Notes: generated by a model from the sequence alone, not told the origin. DNA of 53,901 bases from Promethearchaeota archaeon (GCA_030603385.1 JAUVXW010000032.1:1-53901); one strand, 5' to 3'. Shown: positions 8,599 to 18,710, counted from the first letter of the stretch. Numbers and translations are program-made.

Positions 8599-9135
8599 AT
8601 GGGTATAAAATCTGCATTTTATAAGATCTGTATAGTGGGTGATTTTGGAGTAGGAAAAAGCACTCTGTTACATCAGTATTTAGAAAGAAGGTTTATATCT
8701 AATGTACAATCTACTATAGGATCAAACTTCTTTGTAAAACATTTAAAAATCCCTAACGTTAAAAGTATGGTAACATTGCAAATATGGGATCTAGCGGGTC
8801 AAGATCATTTCAAATGGGTTCGACAAGCTTTTTATAAAGGAGCTAAAGGGATTGCGTTTGTTTTTGATTTATCTCGGAAAGAAACGTTTGAACATCTAGC
8901 TTCTTGGATAGAAGAAGTAGAAAATACTATTGGTATTGTCCCTAGAATTTTAGTAGGGAATAAATTGGATTTAATTAACCCTGATGAAAGAACTATTCCT
9001 GAACAAGATTGTCTAACCTACAAACAAAAAATAAAAGCCTGTTCATATGAAGAAACCAGCGCTAAATCAGGTACTGGCGTAGAAAAGATCTTCTATAACC
9101 TAACACGTGAAATGAATAAAAAATTTAGAAATTAA
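8599..9135 (+). CDS. Rab-like small GTPase (Ras superfamily)
   Basis: G1 GDFGVGKS, G2 STIG, G3 WDLAGQ, G4 NKLD, G5 SAK; no C-terminal prenylation Cys. Confidence 0.95.
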   Translation: MGIKSAFYKICIVGDFGVGKSTLLHQYLERRFISNVQSTIGSNFFVKHLKIPNVKSMVTLQIWDLAGQDHFKWVRQAFYKGAKGIAFVFDLSRKETFEHLASWIEEVENTIGIVPRILVGNKLDLINPDERTIPEQDCLTYKQKIKACSYEETSAKSGTGVEKIFYNLTREMNKKFRN

Positions 9136-9179
9136 AAGTACTTCATTATGATAATCTTGATAGTGCGATGTGTGCATAA

Positions 9180-11504
9180 ATGATTAATGAAATTCATGAG
9201 AAGTTTAAATCCGATTTATTAAAAATATTCCAGTCTGAAATTCAAGATTATGATTTCGGTATTTATAAAATTTTAAACTTTAAAAGAAAACAGATCCAGA
9301 ATTTAATTAGTAATTTTAACCCTTTAGTTCTTTCTGAAGAACTATCAGAAGATATTCATAATTTCTTACTAAAATTTTTTTCTCAGTATTATGAAAAAGG
9401 GGATTTATGTTATAAAAAAAGACATAATGAAAATTATATAACTTATTCTAATGAAAATGAAGTTCTTTTACATTGGGTAAATAAAGACCGACATTATGTG
9501 AAATCTATAGACTTATATAATAAATCTGGAAAAAATATTTCTAAAGACTATTTTATCCATAAAGATTTAAAAGGATTTCTTAAGTCTGAATTAAATGTCT
9601 TTATTAGTAATGAAATCTTAGGATTTGAAGTTCTTAAAAAGCTTGAATATGAAGATTTACAAAAATATTTAGAAACGGCTAAAGTTGTAGAAGAGATCGC
9701 TATAAAAATAATTGATTTCTTAGCTCAAATTGAAAATTTTCAAGTACAACTGTGGAACAAGAGAAATTTTGTATTAGAAACTAATTATGTTATTACCCTT
9801 GATAAAGTAAAAGAATACGCAGGAGAGAGTTTTTTAGAAAAAATTCTACATGAAATTTTGAATAATCAAGAACAAATGAAGGAATGGTTCAATTTATTTG
9901 AAATCAAGATTAATAACAAGTCTGAATTAACTAAAAGCAAAACAAATAATAATTCCAAATGGGAGCATCTCACTATTGATACAAAATATTTCGATGAGGA
10001 ATTCAAATGGGAATTAATTACTGCCCTAACACACAGTCATAATCTAGATAATATCTTAGATGGAATCTTAATAAAAAGCGAAAATTTTCAAGCATTAAAT
10101 TTGATTATGAAAAAATGGAGTGAAAAAGTAAATCTAGTTTATATAGATCCTCCATTTAATACGGGTAGAAAAGAATTTCTTTATAAAAATGATTACTTAG
10201 ACTCTTCCTGGTTAGTGATGATGCTCAACCGTTTAAACCAAGCTAGAGATATATTAAATAAAAATGGGAATATCTTTGTTAGAATCGATAATAGGGGTAA
10301 TCATTATATAAGATTTTTATTAGATATGGCATTTGGTAAGCCAAATTTCAGAAATGAAATTATCATCAATAAGACTAGAGCGAAAAAACAAATAAAAAAG
10401 CCCTTTATTCAACAAACTGAAAGTCTCTTTTTTTATTCTATCAATGATGATTATTACTTCAATCAAATAGAACATAAGAGAAAGGAGCCAAAATGGTATG
10501 AACTTTTAGATTTACCTAGATCAAATAAAAACCCCAGAAATGTTTTAGGTAATAAATATTATCCTCCTAAAAATAGAAGATGGGGGCTGTCTCAACAAAG
10601 AATTGACGTTTTTGAACAAAAGGGAAAAGTAAGAATAAACAAAAAAAAAAAGTATGTTGATTGTTTTGGAAATGTTATAAATGAAAAACCTGAATTATAT
10701 TATGATTTAGAACCCGTAAGAAATGATTGGTTAGATATCCCTGGTTATTCTCAAGTTCATAAATTTTCAACAGAAAACTCTGAAGAATTACTACAAAGAG
10801 TAATTGAATGTGGTTCTAGAGAAAGGGATGTAATCTTAGATTTTTTCTTAGGCTCTGGTACAACTTCTGCTACGGCTCATAAAATAAATAGAAGATGGAT
10901 TGGAATAGAGATGGGTGATCACTTTGAAAGTTTTGTTTTACCACGGATGAAATCCGTTTTAAAAGGTGAGAGATCTGGAATTTCAAAAACTATGAATACC
11001 AAGAAGGGTGGCTTTTTTAAATATCACTATTTAGAACAATATGAAGATTCTATTGAAAATGTCAAATTTGAACTTTCTGAAAAAGCACTCTTCGAATTTG
11101 ATGATAAAGGAAATCAACTAATTTTTAATATCGATAATGCGGAAGATCCCTTTCAATTTAAACTGATTATCTCTGAGAATCATAAATCAAAAGTCGTCAA
11201 TGTGGATTTAATCGAAACTTTCAATTATTTGCTTGGATTACACATTGACAAGGTTCAGAAAATTAAAAATAATGATAAAAATTATATTATCATTACAGGG
11301 AAAGCCAATAGTGATCAAATAGTCATAGTTTGGCGTGATATTATTGATCTCAATTACGAACAAGATAAAAGATTTATTAAAGAGAATTTAAAAGACAGCA
11401 ATTATGATATTTTATACGTAAACGGAAGCTGTTCAGTCAAAGGTTATAATTCAATAGAGTTGGAATTGAAAAAGTTAATATACGGATGTTATAGATTAAG
11501 TTAA
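9180..11504 (+). CDS. Type III restriction-modification Mod-like DNA amino-methyltransferase
   Basis: YIDPPFNTG (motif IV) precedes ILDFFLGSGTT (motif I), the beta-class order. Also DFGIYKI, DYFIHKDL and VDLIETFNYLLGL family blocks. Confidence 0.85.
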   Translation: MINEIHEKFKSDLLKIFQSEIQDYDFGIYKILNFKRKQIQNLISNFNPLVLSEELSEDIHNFLLKFFSQYYEKGDLCYKKRHNENYITYSNENEVLLHWVNKDRHYVKSIDLYNKSGKNISKDYFIHKDLKGFLKSELNVFISNEILGFEVLKKLEYEDLQKYLETAKVVEEIAIKIIDFLAQIENFQVQLWNKRNFVLETNYVITLDKVKEYAGESFLEKILHEILNNQEQMKEWFNLFEIKINNKSELTKSKTNNNSKWEHLTIDTKYFDEEFKWELITALTHSHNLDNILDGILIKSENFQALNLIMKKWSEKVNLVYIDPPFNTGRKEFLYKNDYLDSSWLVMMLNRLNQARDILNKNGNIFVRIDNRGNHYIRFLLDMAFGKPNFRNEIIINKTRAKKQIKKPFIQQTESLFFYSINDDYYFNQIEHKRKEPKWYELLDLPRSNKNPRNVLGNKYYPPKNRRWGLSQQRIDVFEQKGKVRINKKKKYVDCFGNVINEKPELYYDLEPVRNDWLDIPGYSQVHKFSTENSEELLQRVIECGSRERDVILDFFLGSGTTSATAHKINRRWIGIEMGDHFESFVLPRMKSVLKGERSGISKTMNTKKGGFFKYHYLEQYEDSIENVKFELSEKALFEFDDKGNQLIFNIDNAEDPFQFKLIISENHKSKVVNVDLIETFNYLLGLHIDKVQKIKNNDKNYIIITGKANSDQIVIVWRDIIDLNYEQDKRFIKENLKDSNYDILYVNGSCSVKGYNSIELELKKLIYGCYRLS

Positions 11505-11574
11505 AAAGAAATCAGAAACTATTTGAGCCAAAAAATATTCTATAATTAAACTATATATTGATTGGTTTGATATT

Positions 11575-12825
11575 TTGGCAATAAATAATTTTTCGTCCCA
11601 CGATTATCGAACTTGGCCCATATTTTTGCTCTCTTTTATAAGATTGTTTTACATCTCAATTTTTGAAAGAGCTCTGTCAAATTATCTGTATTTAATTGTA
11701 GGTATTCGAGCGAGTACTTTAGGCTTTATAAGTGCTGCAGGGGCCCTGGCTTATATCATAGCCCCGATTGCAGGGCAGTTTATTACTACAAAATATTTAG
11801 GAATTCGTAACGCTTTAATATTAAACTCAGTTCTCACACCTATTCTAACTGGTGTCCAAATATTATATCCTGAAGCGTGGTTTTTAATAATGATTCGGAT
11901 TATAGCAGGATTAAACATGGGATTATTTTGGCCCAATTGCCTTAACTTATTAAGTAGATGGCAAAAAGTAAGTAGCATTGAAAAATCTAAAAAGAATTTT
12001 GCGTTTTTTAATTTCTCGTGGAATTTTGGCTTCATATTCGGGCTCCTTGTAGGTTTTTTATTTGCTTTATCTATTGGTGATTATCTGGCTATGATTATTG
12101 CTTGTAGCTTATCATTCTTGTTAATTCCAGCGAGTTTTTTCTTAAAGAAGGATGACAAATTGGATATTTCGGAAGAAAAGGTAATATATCAAACAGAAGA
12201 CCCTCTTTCTCTTTTAGATATTAAAGAAGATTTAGTCATAAATTCACATACACCTATGATAATTTATCCCGTACTATTTTCCTGGTTAAGTATAATGTTT
12301 TTAGCTACTTCAAAATCAATTTTTATGTTTGGATATCCTGTGCTATTGAAGGCTTTTTTTCCTATTGATACGCCTACTTATCCAACCTATCTTGTACAAT
12401 GTGGTATCCAATTTACCCAGCTGATAGGATTAACTTGGATAAATTATATGAACATCTATAAAAGAAAAATTGCTTCTTTATTTGGGATTGTAATGGTCAT
12501 TTTTGTTGCGCTTACAATCATTCTAACTGGGAATATTTGGTATATTTCAATTATAATCGCAACGGTTGGACTTTTTTTAGGATTCATCCATGGCGTTGGG
12601 ATGAAAATTATGCTTGAATATGGTACAGCAAAAAATTCTTCAAAATATTCAACGATGAATGAGATTCTAGTAGGTATTGGATTTGGATTGACACCAATTA
12701 TCTCTGGATTTGTCGTTGAAATTAAAATTTATGCAATACACGGATTTATAATTATCTTTGGGATTTTAGCTTTAATTGGGTTAATATATCTTTCACGAAA
12801 TATTAAAAGATCACACTCTTTATAG
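11575..12825 (+). CDS. MFS transporter
   Basis: About 12 TM helices in two 6-helix halves. Confidence 0.8.
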   Translation: MAINNFSSHDYRTWPIFLLSFIRLFYISIFERALSNYLYLIVGIRASTLGFISAAGALAYIIAPIAGQFITTKYLGIRNALILNSVLTPILTGVQILYPEAWFLIMIRIIAGLNMGLFWPNCLNLLSRWQKVSSIEKSKKNFAFFNFSWNFGFIFGLLVGFLFALSIGDYLAMIIACSLSFLLIPASFFLKKDDKLDISEEKVIYQTEDPLSLLDIKEDLVINSHTPMIIYPVLFSWLSIMFLATSKSIFMFGYPVLLKAFFPIDTPTYPTYLVQCGIQFTQLIGLTWINYMNIYKRKIASLFGIVMVIFVALTIILTGNIWYISIIIATVGLFLGFIHGVGMKIMLEYGTAKNSSKYSTMNEILVGIGFGLTPIISGFVVEIKIYAIHGFIIIFGILALIGLIYLSRNIKRSHSL

Positions 12826-13000
12826 GTTTAATATCTATACTTTTAACCTGGATCTACTAGAAAACATAAATCATTATCATTGTAAACCCGTGAACTTAAT
12901 AAACTCGTAAAATTAGTTCCTTTAAAAGTTAAGCGAACGTCATAAAGGTTAGGTGCTGCGTTTACGATACTCATTATAATAAAATAAAAAGTTATTGAAA

Positions 13001-13996
13001 TTAAAATTTGATATCTTGACCAATATTTTCTTTTAGTGCGCGATCGTAGACTAATTTTGCGACTGCTACATCTTGAGCACTAATTCCTACAGATTTAAAC
13101 ACAGTTATATCTCTTTCTGAGGTACGTCCCTTTTTCTTTCCTGTAATAATATCTCCAATTGGTACAATATCATCTTCTTTTATAATGCCCTCATCAATAG
13201 GAATTATATAGTCCCCTGCTTCAGCTAAACAAGCTTCTTTCAATCCTGCTGCTAACAATGAAGCCCTTTTTATTATTGTAGAATCAAGTTCTCGAGCTGC
13301 AGGTGCGTGTGCTCCGATAGAAGATAAATGAGTTCCTTCGGTTATTTTATCTCCTGAAAAGAGAGGTGTTGTGCTTGTTGTTGCAGCAACTATAATATCT
13401 GTATTATCTAATAAATCATCTCCTTGTTCTGCAATCTCTACTTCAATTCCTAATTCATTTTCTATTTCTTTCTTAAATTCCCTAGCAATATCTTTATTCA
13501 AATCATAAACAACACATTTTTCGAGTTTTTGGTCCAAACCCCAATACACACCTCCTACCTGTTTTTTTGCTTGAACTCCTGCACTGTAAATTCCCAATAC
13601 AGTGCTATCTTTTCGAGCTAAATATTTGACTGAAACTCCTGTTGCAGCACCAGTCCTCATTGCTGTTATTAAACTCCCATCCATAATTCCGACAATATCT
13701 CCAGTATTAATATCTTGTACCATAATTTTTGCCAACACAGTAGGCATATTATACTTTTCTGGATTCTGTTTATATACAGATACAATTTTCGTTGCAAGAG
13801 CATTCATCTCTCCTCCTATTATCCCGGGCATTATTAAAGTTAATCCTGGAGCCGGATCAGTAATAGCTATACGTTGCGGAACAATGGCATTTCCAAGTGT
13901 AAGTTGCTTATATGCTTCTTCAACATAATTCAACGCATCTTGCATAGTTAGTAGTTTTTTCACATTCTCTAATGTTAAAATTTTTACCATTATCAT
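13001..13996 (-). CDS. Ornithine cyclodeaminase/mu-crystallin (alanine dehydrogenase-like) family protein
   Basis: ITAMRTGAA, AGVQA, FKSVGISAQDVAVA. Confidence 0.9.
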   Translation of the reverse strand: MIMVKILTLENVKKLLTMQDALNYVEEAYKQLTLGNAIVPQRIAITDPAPGLTLIMPGIIGGEMNALATKIVSVYKQNPEKYNMPTVLAKIMVQDINTGDIVGIMDGSLITAMRTGAATGVSVKYLARKDSTVLGIYSAGVQAKKQVGGVYWGLDQKLEKCVVYDLNKDIAREFKKEIENELGIEVEIAEQGDDLLDNTDIIVAATTSTTPLFSGDKITEGTHLSSIGAHAPAARELDSTIIKRASLLAAGLKEACLAEAGDYIIPIDEGIIKEDDIVPIGDIITGKKKGRTSERDITVFKSVGISAQDVAVAKLVYDRALKENIGQDIKF

Positions 13997-14071
13997 TTAC
14001 AACTCCATAAAATCTATTTTAGTTTTAATTTACCTAAATTACTAACATTTAAATATGCAAGTGCATATATG

Positions 14072-14104
14072 TTTTTACAGTAAAAAAAGTTTTTACAATA
14101 AAAA
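14072..14104. promoter_or_regulatory. Tandem palindromic operator candidate
   Basis: TTTTTACAGTAAAAA (14072-14086) and TTTTTACAATAAAAA (14090-14104), ~28 bp before the wHTH gene. Confidence 0.45.
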
Positions 14105-14132
14105 GTATTATTAATTATTTATGTGAAAAAAT

Positions 14133-14546
14133 ATGGCTAAAAAAGAAGAAAAAAAGAAACCCATTTTTGAAAAAGTTGGTATTGTATTTAGGAGCCCTGT
14201 AAGAGCTGACATTATGAAACAGCTTTCGGAAAGCCCTCAAAGACCTAAAAAACTCGCTGATGAAATTGGAATCCAAAGACAGAATATAAATTACCACTTA
14301 AATGCTCTAAAAAGAGGGGGATTAATAAAAACCCATACTGAAGAATTAGCAGAAGAAGAAATTCCAAAAGAAAAAGGTACTCGTCTTAATGGAATTGGTG
14401 GAGGTGGGAAGTTTAAAGTCAGCTATGGGGTTGAACTTACCAAAAATGGTAAAAATATTGTAAATCAATTTATTGATCCACTCTATGAGGAAGAGAGTGG
14501 AACTATGAAAGAAAAAATAAAAAATAATAAAAACGAGGATGAGTAA
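14133..14546 (+). CDS. ArsR-like winged-helix transcriptional regulator
   Basis: SPVRADIMKQL...LADEIGIQRQNINYHLNALKRGGLI...ELTKNG. Confidence 0.85.
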   Translation: MAKKEEKKKPIFEKVGIVFRSPVRADIMKQLSESPQRPKKLADEIGIQRQNINYHLNALKRGGLIKTHTEELAEEEIPKEKGTRLNGIGGGGKFKVSYGVELTKNGKNIVNQFIDPLYEEESGTMKEKIKNNKNEDE

Positions 14547-14548
14547 TT

Positions 14549-15586
14549 TTGAAAAGTGAAAGTAAAGAAGTTGTAAGGTCGATTTTTAAAGATCCTTTAA
14601 GTGTTCTTAAATTAGGAAACCCTCAAATTTATGAGAATATGACTATTATCCCTCTTATTATTCAAGATGATAAATTTATTGAGTACATTAGTATTAAGGA
14701 AGCCGAAGAATTAGAATTAATTGAAATTGTGGAAACTGATACTGTTAATCAATTAGAAGTTGTAAATAAAAGTAATAAACAGATATTAATTCCATTTGGA
14801 ATGACTGTAAAGGGTGGCAAACAAGACAGAACAATTTGGGAACCAATATTATTGCCAGTAGGAGGGAAACAAAATGTTTTCAAAGATAAATATGAAACAA
14901 TAAATCAAAAATATAGTATCCCTGCTAAATGTATAGAGCAATCAAGATGGGATTACACAGGGAAACGTGGATTTAAAACTACAAACATGAGGCTACATCC
15001 TAATGTCGCATATGAGTCAATATCTGCGGCAGGTCAAGGTGCGGTGTGGGGAGAAATACAAGCCCATAGATCAGAAATGAATTACGCAGCGGGTGTTGCT
15101 CCGACTCAAAGTTATCTTGAAATGACTAAAAACACTGAAAAACTCACGGATAAAATAATTAAAAACTTCGAAAATGTAAATAATCAGTGCGGAGTAGCAG
15201 TGTTCATCAATGGTGAACTTATTGGTATTGAATTTTATGCAAATCCAAATGCATGGAAGACTATGAGCAAGGATATTCTCAAAGCATTTTCAATCGAAGC
15301 CCTTAGATTTAAAGATAAACATAGTAAAAATGAAATCTCCGATTTCCATGATGAATTTCTAAAACTATTTCAAAAATTATCATTAAGATACTCTTCAAGG
15401 GAAGGAGTTGGTCTTGGAAATGTTGTTGAATTTACATGTAAAGATAATAAGTGGAGGGGAATTACCTTAGTTCATGAAGAAAATTTAGTTCAATTCTATT
15501 TGGTTTCAAAAAGAGGAGGATATCAAGCGCAATCACATCCAGAGATACAATTTCAAACCAATATAAGTCAAAGATATACGATCTAA
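14549..15586 (+). CDS. ARPP-1 (DUF6569)-family protein
   Basis: V..LEV.N, GGKQDR, CIEQSRW, QGAVW and G.AVFING....IE.Y motifs recalled for this family. Confidence 0.7.
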   Translation: MKSESKEVVRSIFKDPLSVLKLGNPQIYENMTIIPLIIQDDKFIEYISIKEAEELELIEIVETDTVNQLEVVNKSNKQILIPFGMTVKGGKQDRTIWEPILLPVGGKQNVFKDKYETINQKYSIPAKCIEQSRWDYTGKRGFKTTNMRLHPNVAYESISAAGQGAVWGEIQAHRSEMNYAAGVAPTQSYLEMTKNTEKLTDKIIKNFENVNNQCGVAVFINGELIGIEFYANPNAWKTMSKDILKAFSIEALRFKDKHSKNEISDFHDEFLKLFQKLSLRYSSREGVGLGNVVEFTCKDNKWRGITLVHEENLVQFYLVSKRGGYQAQSHPEIQFQTNISQRYTI

Positions 15587-15670
15587 GCTAATTTTTATAA
15601 TTTAAGAAAACTTCTTTTTTTTTTAAACTTATCATTTTAAATGAGAGCATAAACTAAATTAAATATAGTT

Positions 15671-16402
15671 ATGAAAGAAATCAAATTAACCATTATTGTA
15701 GATGACTTGAACGGAGCAGAACCAGGCTTTATCAAGTCTTTTGGATTTGCATTATTAATTGAAATAAATAATCAAAAAGTACTATTTGATACAGGCACCA
15801 AAGAAGATGTTTTAATTAAAAATTTGATTAATTATGGAATAAAACCCTCATCAATCGATAGTGTTATCCTGAGCCATAATCACTATGATCATACTAATGG
15901 GTTATCTGGTATATTAAAATATAACGAGGATGTATCAGTTTATGTTCACAAATATTGGAAAAAGCCAGTACGACAAATAGGAGATTCAATTCCTTCTAAA
16001 AATATGATTTTCGTTGAAAAAGGAGGAATCTTTAAAGAGCTTGGAGAAAAAATCTACATTACCAATGCTTATATGTCTTCCGATTACGGTGGGATTTATG
16101 AGCAAGGGTGTTATATTAGAACTAAAGATTCCTTTATTTTAATATGTGGGTGTTGCCACCCCGGATTAAACAATTTTTTAAAAGATCGAAAATTTTTAAG
16201 AATTCCTGATAAATCACCATTACATATCATAGGAGGATTCCACGGATTTAAGTTTGAAGATGAAACCGCTGATCTCTTATATTCCCAAATCTATTCTGTA
16301 ATCTTTTGTCATTGTACCAAAAATAGCAATGTCTTTAAACGTCAGTTTGGGGATAAGTGCTTTACTGGCACTGTGGGCAGAACATTGACATTTGAAAAGT
16401 AA
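15671..16402 (+). CDS. MBL-fold metallo-hydrolase
   Basis: LFDTG, LSHNHYDHTNG, GCCHPG, IGGFH, HCT. Confidence 0.9.
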   Translation: MKEIKLTIIVDDLNGAEPGFIKSFGFALLIEINNQKVLFDTGTKEDVLIKNLINYGIKPSSIDSVILSHNHYDHTNGLSGILKYNEDVSVYVHKYWKKPVRQIGDSIPSKNMIFVEKGGIFKELGEKIYITNAYMSSDYGGIYEQGCYIRTKDSFILICGCCHPGLNNFLKDRKFLRIPDKSPLHIIGGFHGFKFEDETADLLYSQIYSVIFCHCTKNSNVFKRQFGDKCFTGTVGRTLTFEK

Positions 16403-16624
16403 ATAAAATCTCTTTTTATTCTTAGAATCAATTTCAAATTTCCACCCAAATACATTTTCGTAAAACGTAATTGTTTAATTGTTGAATTCTTTTTTTTGAA
16501 AGCTAATTATTCTGCTCAAATTCATTCATTTTTAAGTTTAATACCTAATCTCAAGAAAAGTAGAATTAATATTACCCAATTAATTAAGAATATTAAAAAA
16601 TATGTAATTGTGCTGTGAAAAGAA

Positions 16625-17962
16625 ATGGCTAGACCTAAAGTAGTTATACCTGAAAATGGTATTCAAGAAGAAAAACTCATGAACGAAATGGAAGAACTTC
16701 GTCAAGATGATACAAATTGGAGGGAAGGAAAGGTATGGAGCTTAGTTTATCATGCTACAGATAAACATACCGAAATGCTGAAAAAAGCTTACACTATGTT
16801 TTTCTCAAAAAATGCGTTAAGTCCAATGGCCTTTCCAAGTCTAAGGAAGTTTGAAACAGAAGTTATTTCTATGGCTGTGGACTTATTTAATGGAGATAAA
16901 AGATGTTGCGGAAGTATGACTTCGGGAGGAACTGAAAGTATCTTAATGGCAATAAAAACATATAGAGATTGGGCACGAGATAAATTTCCTCACATTAAAG
17001 AACCAGAGATGATTCTACCTAGTTCAGTTCATCCTGCTTTTGATAAGGGCGCCGATTATTTTGGTGTGAAATGCATTCGAGTACCTGTGGATGAAAAAAC
17101 GCATCGAGCAGATGTAAAAACAATGGAAAAAGCACTTAATGATAATACTATCCTCATGGTTGCTTCTGCGTGCGATTTTCCGAGAGGTGTTGTGGATCCA
17201 ATCTCAGCCCTTGCTCCAATCGCTCAATCTCGTGGGATTGGAATGCATGTTGATGCATGTCTCGGTGGTTTTATGCTACCTTTTGTAAAGAAGCTTGGTT
17301 ATGAAGTTCCTGAGTTTGATTTCTCGATTCCGGGTGTTACATCTATTTCAGCTGATGTCCACAAATATGGTTATGGTGCAAAAGGGGCATCAACTGTATT
17401 ATACCGTAAAGAAAGAGTCTGGAAATATCAATTCTCTGTATATACAGACTGGTCAGGTGGCATTTATATCTCACCAGGTATGAGAGGAACTCGTCCTGGT
17501 GGTGCTATTGCTGCGGCATGGGCTGCATTGAGATCACTAGGGATTGATGGTTATTTGAACTTGGCAAAAATCGTCATGGACGCTTCAAAAAAATTAATAA
17601 AAGGTATTGATGAGATACCTGAGTTATATATTATTGGTAAGCCTGTGATGAGCGTTTTTTCTTTTACTTCTGATAAGATTGATATATATAATTTAGGAGA
17701 TGTAATGGATAAAAAAGGATGGCATTTAGATCGAATTCAATTCCCAAATGCTTTGCATATGATGGTTAATCCTCATCATGCTGAAATCATTGATACCTTC
17801 CTAAAAGATCTTAGAGATTCTGTTAAAGAAATTATTGAAAATCCTGGAAGTTCTTCTGACGGGGATGCGGCTATTTATGGAATGGTAGCTAGCTTACCTG
17901 ATCGGAGTAAAGTCAAAGACTACATCATTAATTTCCTTAAGAGTCAATATAAAATTAGATAG
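16625..17962 (+). CDS. PLP-dependent group II decarboxylase, sphingosine-1-phosphate lyase-like
   Basis: TSGGTESILMA, HPAFDKG, HVDACLGGF, SADVHKYGYGAKG, C-terminal AAIYGM. Confidence 0.85.
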   Translation: MARPKVVIPENGIQEEKLMNEMEELRQDDTNWREGKVWSLVYHATDKHTEMLKKAYTMFFSKNALSPMAFPSLRKFETEVISMAVDLFNGDKRCCGSMTSGGTESILMAIKTYRDWARDKFPHIKEPEMILPSSVHPAFDKGADYFGVKCIRVPVDEKTHRADVKTMEKALNDNTILMVASACDFPRGVVDPISALAPIAQSRGIGMHVDACLGGFMLPFVKKLGYEVPEFDFSIPGVTSISADVHKYGYGAKGASTVLYRKERVWKYQFSVYTDWSGGIYISPGMRGTRPGGAIAAAWAALRSLGIDGYLNLAKIVMDASKKLIKGIDEIPELYIIGKPVMSVFSFTSDKIDIYNLGDVMDKKGWHLDRIQFPNALHMMVNPHHAEIIDTFLKDLRDSVKEIIENPGSSSDGDAAIYGMVASLPDRSKVKDYIINFLKSQYKIR

Positions 17963-17994
17963 AATAAAAAAGATCAAAAAAAGAGAAATTTAAT

Positions 17995-18594
17995 TTAATC
18001 ATTTTCTTTTTTATATTTGAGCCCAACATTCCAAGCTCTACCTATTTCCTCACCAATTTTATAATAATTCATTTTATTCATTGAGGTTGATAATACAAAA
18101 GGATTCAGTTTAGCTACGTCAGGTGCACCATTCGTTAAATATTTTTCTTCTGCGTAAGCTTGAACTACTTCTCCAATAAAGATATCATGGCCATTTTTAG
18201 CCTTCGCAATTTCTGCTGTATCAACGGTATGAATAACCTTACATTCAAGATTTAAGGGTGCTTCTTTAATCATTGGTGCTGTTTTTAATTCACCATAAAA
18301 GACATCAAATAGTTCTGATTTGTCAACTTTCTTACCTGATTTTATACCACAATAATCAGAAATTTCTACCATATCAACTGAAGGAGTGTTAACACTAAAA
18401 GTTTGATTTTCTTTTATACCAATATTGTTATAATGTTGTTGATTTGAAGAAATAGATATTAAAGGAGGGCCGAACTCAAGACCACATACCCATCCAATTG
18501 CAGTAAAATTGGGCTTACCATTTACATTTGCTCCGATAAGTACGACAGGAGTAGGAAATACATAACATCCGGGAGGAATTTTATTTTTAGTCAT
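17995..18594 (-). CDS. Flavin reductase-like protein (paralog of 6681..7265)
   Basis: FPTPVVLIG, FSVNTP, DYCGIKSG, APLNLECKV, HDIFIGEV. Confidence 0.9.
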   Translation of the reverse strand: MTKNKIPPGCYVFPTPVVLIGANVNGKPNFTAIGWVCGLEFGPPLISISSNQQHYNNIGIKENQTFSVNTPSVDMVEISDYCGIKSGKKVDKSELFDVFYGELKTAPMIKEAPLNLECKVIHTVDTAEIAKAKNGHDIFIGEVVQAYAEEKYLTNGAPDVAKLNPFVLSTSMNKMNYYKIGEEIGRAWNVGLKYKKEND

Positions 18595-18710
18595 TTTCCA
18601 TCTCTAATTTTTAAATTGTATATATTCAATTAAGCTTTTCTAATATTTATAACTGAAACATTTACATAATTTCAACAAATTTAACTGTTAAAGAATAAGG
18701 TGATAAAGAA

